Part shown: piece after piece, positions 62,195 through 64,000 of the stretch | Layout: every line of letters starts with the position of its first letter | How positions within the stretch are numbered: the first letter of the stretch is position 1 | From: a virus | Lineage: Duplodnaviria; Heunggongvirae; Uroviricota; Caudoviricetes | Length of the DNA stretch: 64,000 nucleotides | Virus record (IMG/VR): IMGVR_UViG_3300016476_000987 | Reading direction: 5' to 3' (one strand) | Notes under the pieces: generated by a model | What the model saw: the letters and a program-made list of their open reading frames with translations, nothing else | Database searches by the model: none | What the model was told of the DNA's origin: nothing | Made by a program: the position numbers and the translations under genes

Positions 62195-62488
62195 TTATTC
62201 TACTTCATCTGTATTGTATCCCCACTCTTTCAATTTACTGATAACAGGATCAGGTAAACTAAATACACCGTCATACCCTGTGATACTTTTACCTTCTATT
62301 TGTAATGACCCCTCAGCATACCATTCATTACCGTCTGATTTGAGATCATAAAACTCAAACCATCCATAATCTTCACTCTTGATACCTACTGTAATCTCTA
62401 ACTGAACACTCTCTTCTGAGTCAATTACCCCAAAGGAATTCTCAAGGGTTAAATTCTGTACTGCTGTAAATGTCTCTTGCTTAATCAT
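62195..62488 (-). CDS. hypothetical protein
   Basis: 97-aa ORF. Confidence 0.55.
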   Translation of the reverse strand: MIKQETFTAVQNLTLENSFGVIDSEESVQLEITVGIKSEDYGWFEFYDLKSDGNEWYAEGSLQIEGKSITGYDGVFSLPDPVISKLKEWGYNTDEVE

Positions 62489-62497
62489 AGCTATTGT

Positions 62498-62716
62498 TTA
62501 TAATTGATTGATTAGTTCTATTATCTCTTCCGGTGTCTCTTTAACATCAAACCCTCCATTATTGTGGGTCACTACTCCTACGGTTGTATAAGTTATTGAG
62601 TTGTTACTATAATAGGATGTCTGCTCAGTAGTTCTATACATGTGCCCTATGTGATCTATGTTAATGTAGATAGCTCTATCTGCTGATCTAAGACTCGTAA
62701 GCTTGATTAGTTTCAT
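62498..62716 (-). CDS. hypothetical protein
   Basis: 72-aa ORF. Confidence 0.5.
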   Translation of the reverse strand: MKLIKLTSLRSADRAIYINIDHIGHMYRTTEQTSYYSNNSITYTTVGVVTHNNGGFDVKETPEEIIELINQL

Positions 62717-62940
62717 AATTTATTATTAAAGTATATGTAAGAAATCCAGTATTGTTCTAAATCAATTTCTTGATCATTACAACTATCCATGAAGGTATGC
62801 AAGTCCATCAGAACAGCTTTCCTATCTAACAAAGCTCTTATCTTATCCTGATTACATTGCATACCTTCGATAGTCTCTGCATCCTTCCTCCTATCAAAGT
62901 CATTAATGTTTAGGAGAGCAACTATCAGATTGTTTTCCAT
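62713..62940 (-). CDS. hypothetical protein
   Basis: 75-aa ORF with an ATGA overlap. Confidence 0.5.
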   Translation of the reverse strand: MENNLIVALLNINDFDRRKDAETIEGMQCNQDKIRALLDRKAVLMDLHTFMDSCNDQEIDLEQYWISYIYFNNKL

Positions 62941-62996
62941 AAAACGGCTTTTTTGTTTTGAGATAAAAAATGGAAATTGAATTGATTTTTTGGGAT

Positions 62997-63434
62997 TTAA
63001 GACGAGGGTAGACGAGGGGAAACAGAGAACGGTACATCCGGATATCTCTTCTTAAACTTATGAATGAACTCTTCTATAGGCTCATTCTTAGGAAAGTATA
63101 TGGTAACAGTCTTAGATTCCGGTCCGTAATATCCATCTAGCCTTCTATTGATGTTATCATAGGCTTTAGTGATATAGTCATCATTAATAGATAGAAAGTC
63201 CTTTACACTCTTTACAGAATGTATAACTGTAGTGTGGTGCATCTTTCTACCTCCGGTGCTCATGATAGCAGCAATACTTTCATAACTAAGTTTGAGTCTT
63301 TCTTTTAATACCATGTGAGACATCTGCCTAGATATCACAATACGGTGCTCTCTCTTTTTAGAATAGAAGTCCTCTAAAGAAACATTAAATTCTTTACAGC
63401 ATTCTAATACTACATCTGTTACCGTAATAGTCAT
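62997..63434 (-). CDS. DnaA domain IV-like HTH DNA-binding protein
   Basis: FYSKKREHRIVISRQMSHMVLKERLKLSYESIAAIM..GRKMHHTTVIHSVKSV parallels DnaA-C (R..ARQIAMYL..LT..S...IG..FG.RDHTTVLHA..KI). Confidence 0.65.
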   Translation of the reverse strand: MTITVTDVVLECCKEFNVSLEDFYSKKREHRIVISRQMSHMVLKERLKLSYESIAAIMSTGGRKMHHTTVIHSVKSVKDFLSINDDYITKAYDNINRRLDGYYGPESKTVTIYFPKNEPIEEFIHKFKKRYPDVPFSVSPRLPSS

Positions 63435-63439
63435 AAATT

Positions 63440-63790
63440 TTAATTTATTAAGTCCTTGTGATATTTAATAATAGTGGCTGTGTGATCATCTACATCCCCT
63501 CTCCATTGGTCTACCATTAAAGTAGAATCAGATTTCATATACTCTTTGGCCTCTTCTAAAGTATCAAACGTAGCCACAGTCGTAGTACTTCCATCCTCTA
63601 GAGTAGTGAATACCTCAAACCAATCTTTGTCTTCGTCTATTACCTCATAATAATCTGTATCTAAAAAATCCATTGGCTCTGATGAGTATGGAATATTACT
63701 TACTTTTAATAGAGCATCTGTTTCGCTACTTGCTTCTACTGTTATTAATTGAAGAAAGAGCACCTGTCTGCTAACTAAATACTTTTTCAT
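63440..63790 (-). CDS. hypothetical protein
   Basis: 116-aa ORF. Confidence 0.55.
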   Translation of the reverse strand: MKKYLVSRQVLFLQLITVEASSETDALLKVSNIPYSSEPMDFLDTDYYEVIDEDKDWFEVFTTLEDGSTTTVATFDTLEEAKEYMKSDSTLMVDQWRGDVDDHTATIIKYHKDLIN

Positions 63791-63807
63791 AATCTTAATT
63801 TTTGTTA

Positions 63808-63990
63808 TTATCTTTTATAAAATTCCCAACTATCCCATATGAAGTAAGGAGTCAAGGGAGGCCCTGCCGGGAATCTATACCTAGGAAAGTCCCCATAGCT
63901 AAAGCTAGCTATCCAAATATCTTCAATCAAACAATCGTCTTCTTCTGCATAAAATACATAACTTTTAAACATACTACAGTGTTCTTGCAT
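63808..63990 (-). CDS. hypothetical protein
   Basis: 60-aa ORF at the window edge, in line with the - strand block. Confidence 0.4.
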   Translation of the reverse strand: MQEHCSMFKSYVFYAEEDDCLIEDIWIASFSYGDFPRYRFPAGPPLTPYFIWDSWEFYKR

Positions 63991-64000
63991 TTTGTAGTAG

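Noticed and set aside
61216-62351. ORFs 61216..61452 (-) and 61974..62351 (+).
   Set aside because: The first is nested out of frame in the GP88-like gene. The second is antisense to two - strand genes (62013..62180, 62195..62488) and has a low-complexity translation.
1-64000. Stop-codon reassignment or suppressor tRNAs, as in some Bacteroidota phages.
   Set aside because: Motif-bearing genes (polA, groEL, nrdJ, thyA, gmd) are full length under the standard code. None of the confidently folded tRNAs has a CTA, TTA or TCA anticodon.

Overview
AT-rich, tightly packed, integrase-free segment of a large virulent dsDNA phage. Gene starts lack Shine-Dalgarno sequences, and one TTG / TAnnTTTG-type promoter is visible. 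Together with the protein families, this suggests a Bacteroidota (Flavobacteriia-like) host; that is inference only. Layout: nt 1-50202 is almost entirely + strand. It holds a replication/recombination/nucleotide module (divergent PolA-like protein, gp32-like SSB, RecA-like ATPase, FEN, DnaB-like helicase, class II RNR, dUTPase, full PolA, GIY-YIG endonuclease, GroES+GroEL, Cas4-like nuclease). A roughly 9 kb sugar-modification island follows (GDP-mannose 4,6-dehydratase, six glycosyltransferase-like genes, FkbM methyltransferase). Next comes a 4.6 kb RNA-gene region (31.3-35.9 kb) with 4 canonical tRNAs and 7 non-canonical tRNA-like elements interleaved with small ORFs. After it come many small accessory ORFs, an enlarged ThyA, an envelope/lysis-like cassette with an orphan membrane-anchored receiver-domain protein, an AAA+ ATPase, a dNMP-kinase-like protein and metallophosphoesterases. 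From 50189 to the window end, transcription is on the - strand: about 50 small, often start/stop-overlapping genes (DUF932-like, GP88-like, DnaA-C-like HTH, HNH, tandem paralog families). The most unusual signals are: (1) the array of tRNA-Leu-scaffold elements with aberrant anticodon regions; (2) a 17-nt box spanning the start codon of five consecutive unrelated genes that all begin MAQQ; (3) the large glycosylation island; (4) a receiver domain fused to a C-terminal TM anchor. No rRNA, CRISPR array, integrase or transposase was seen. All function calls rest on motif recognition by eye. No database search was possible.
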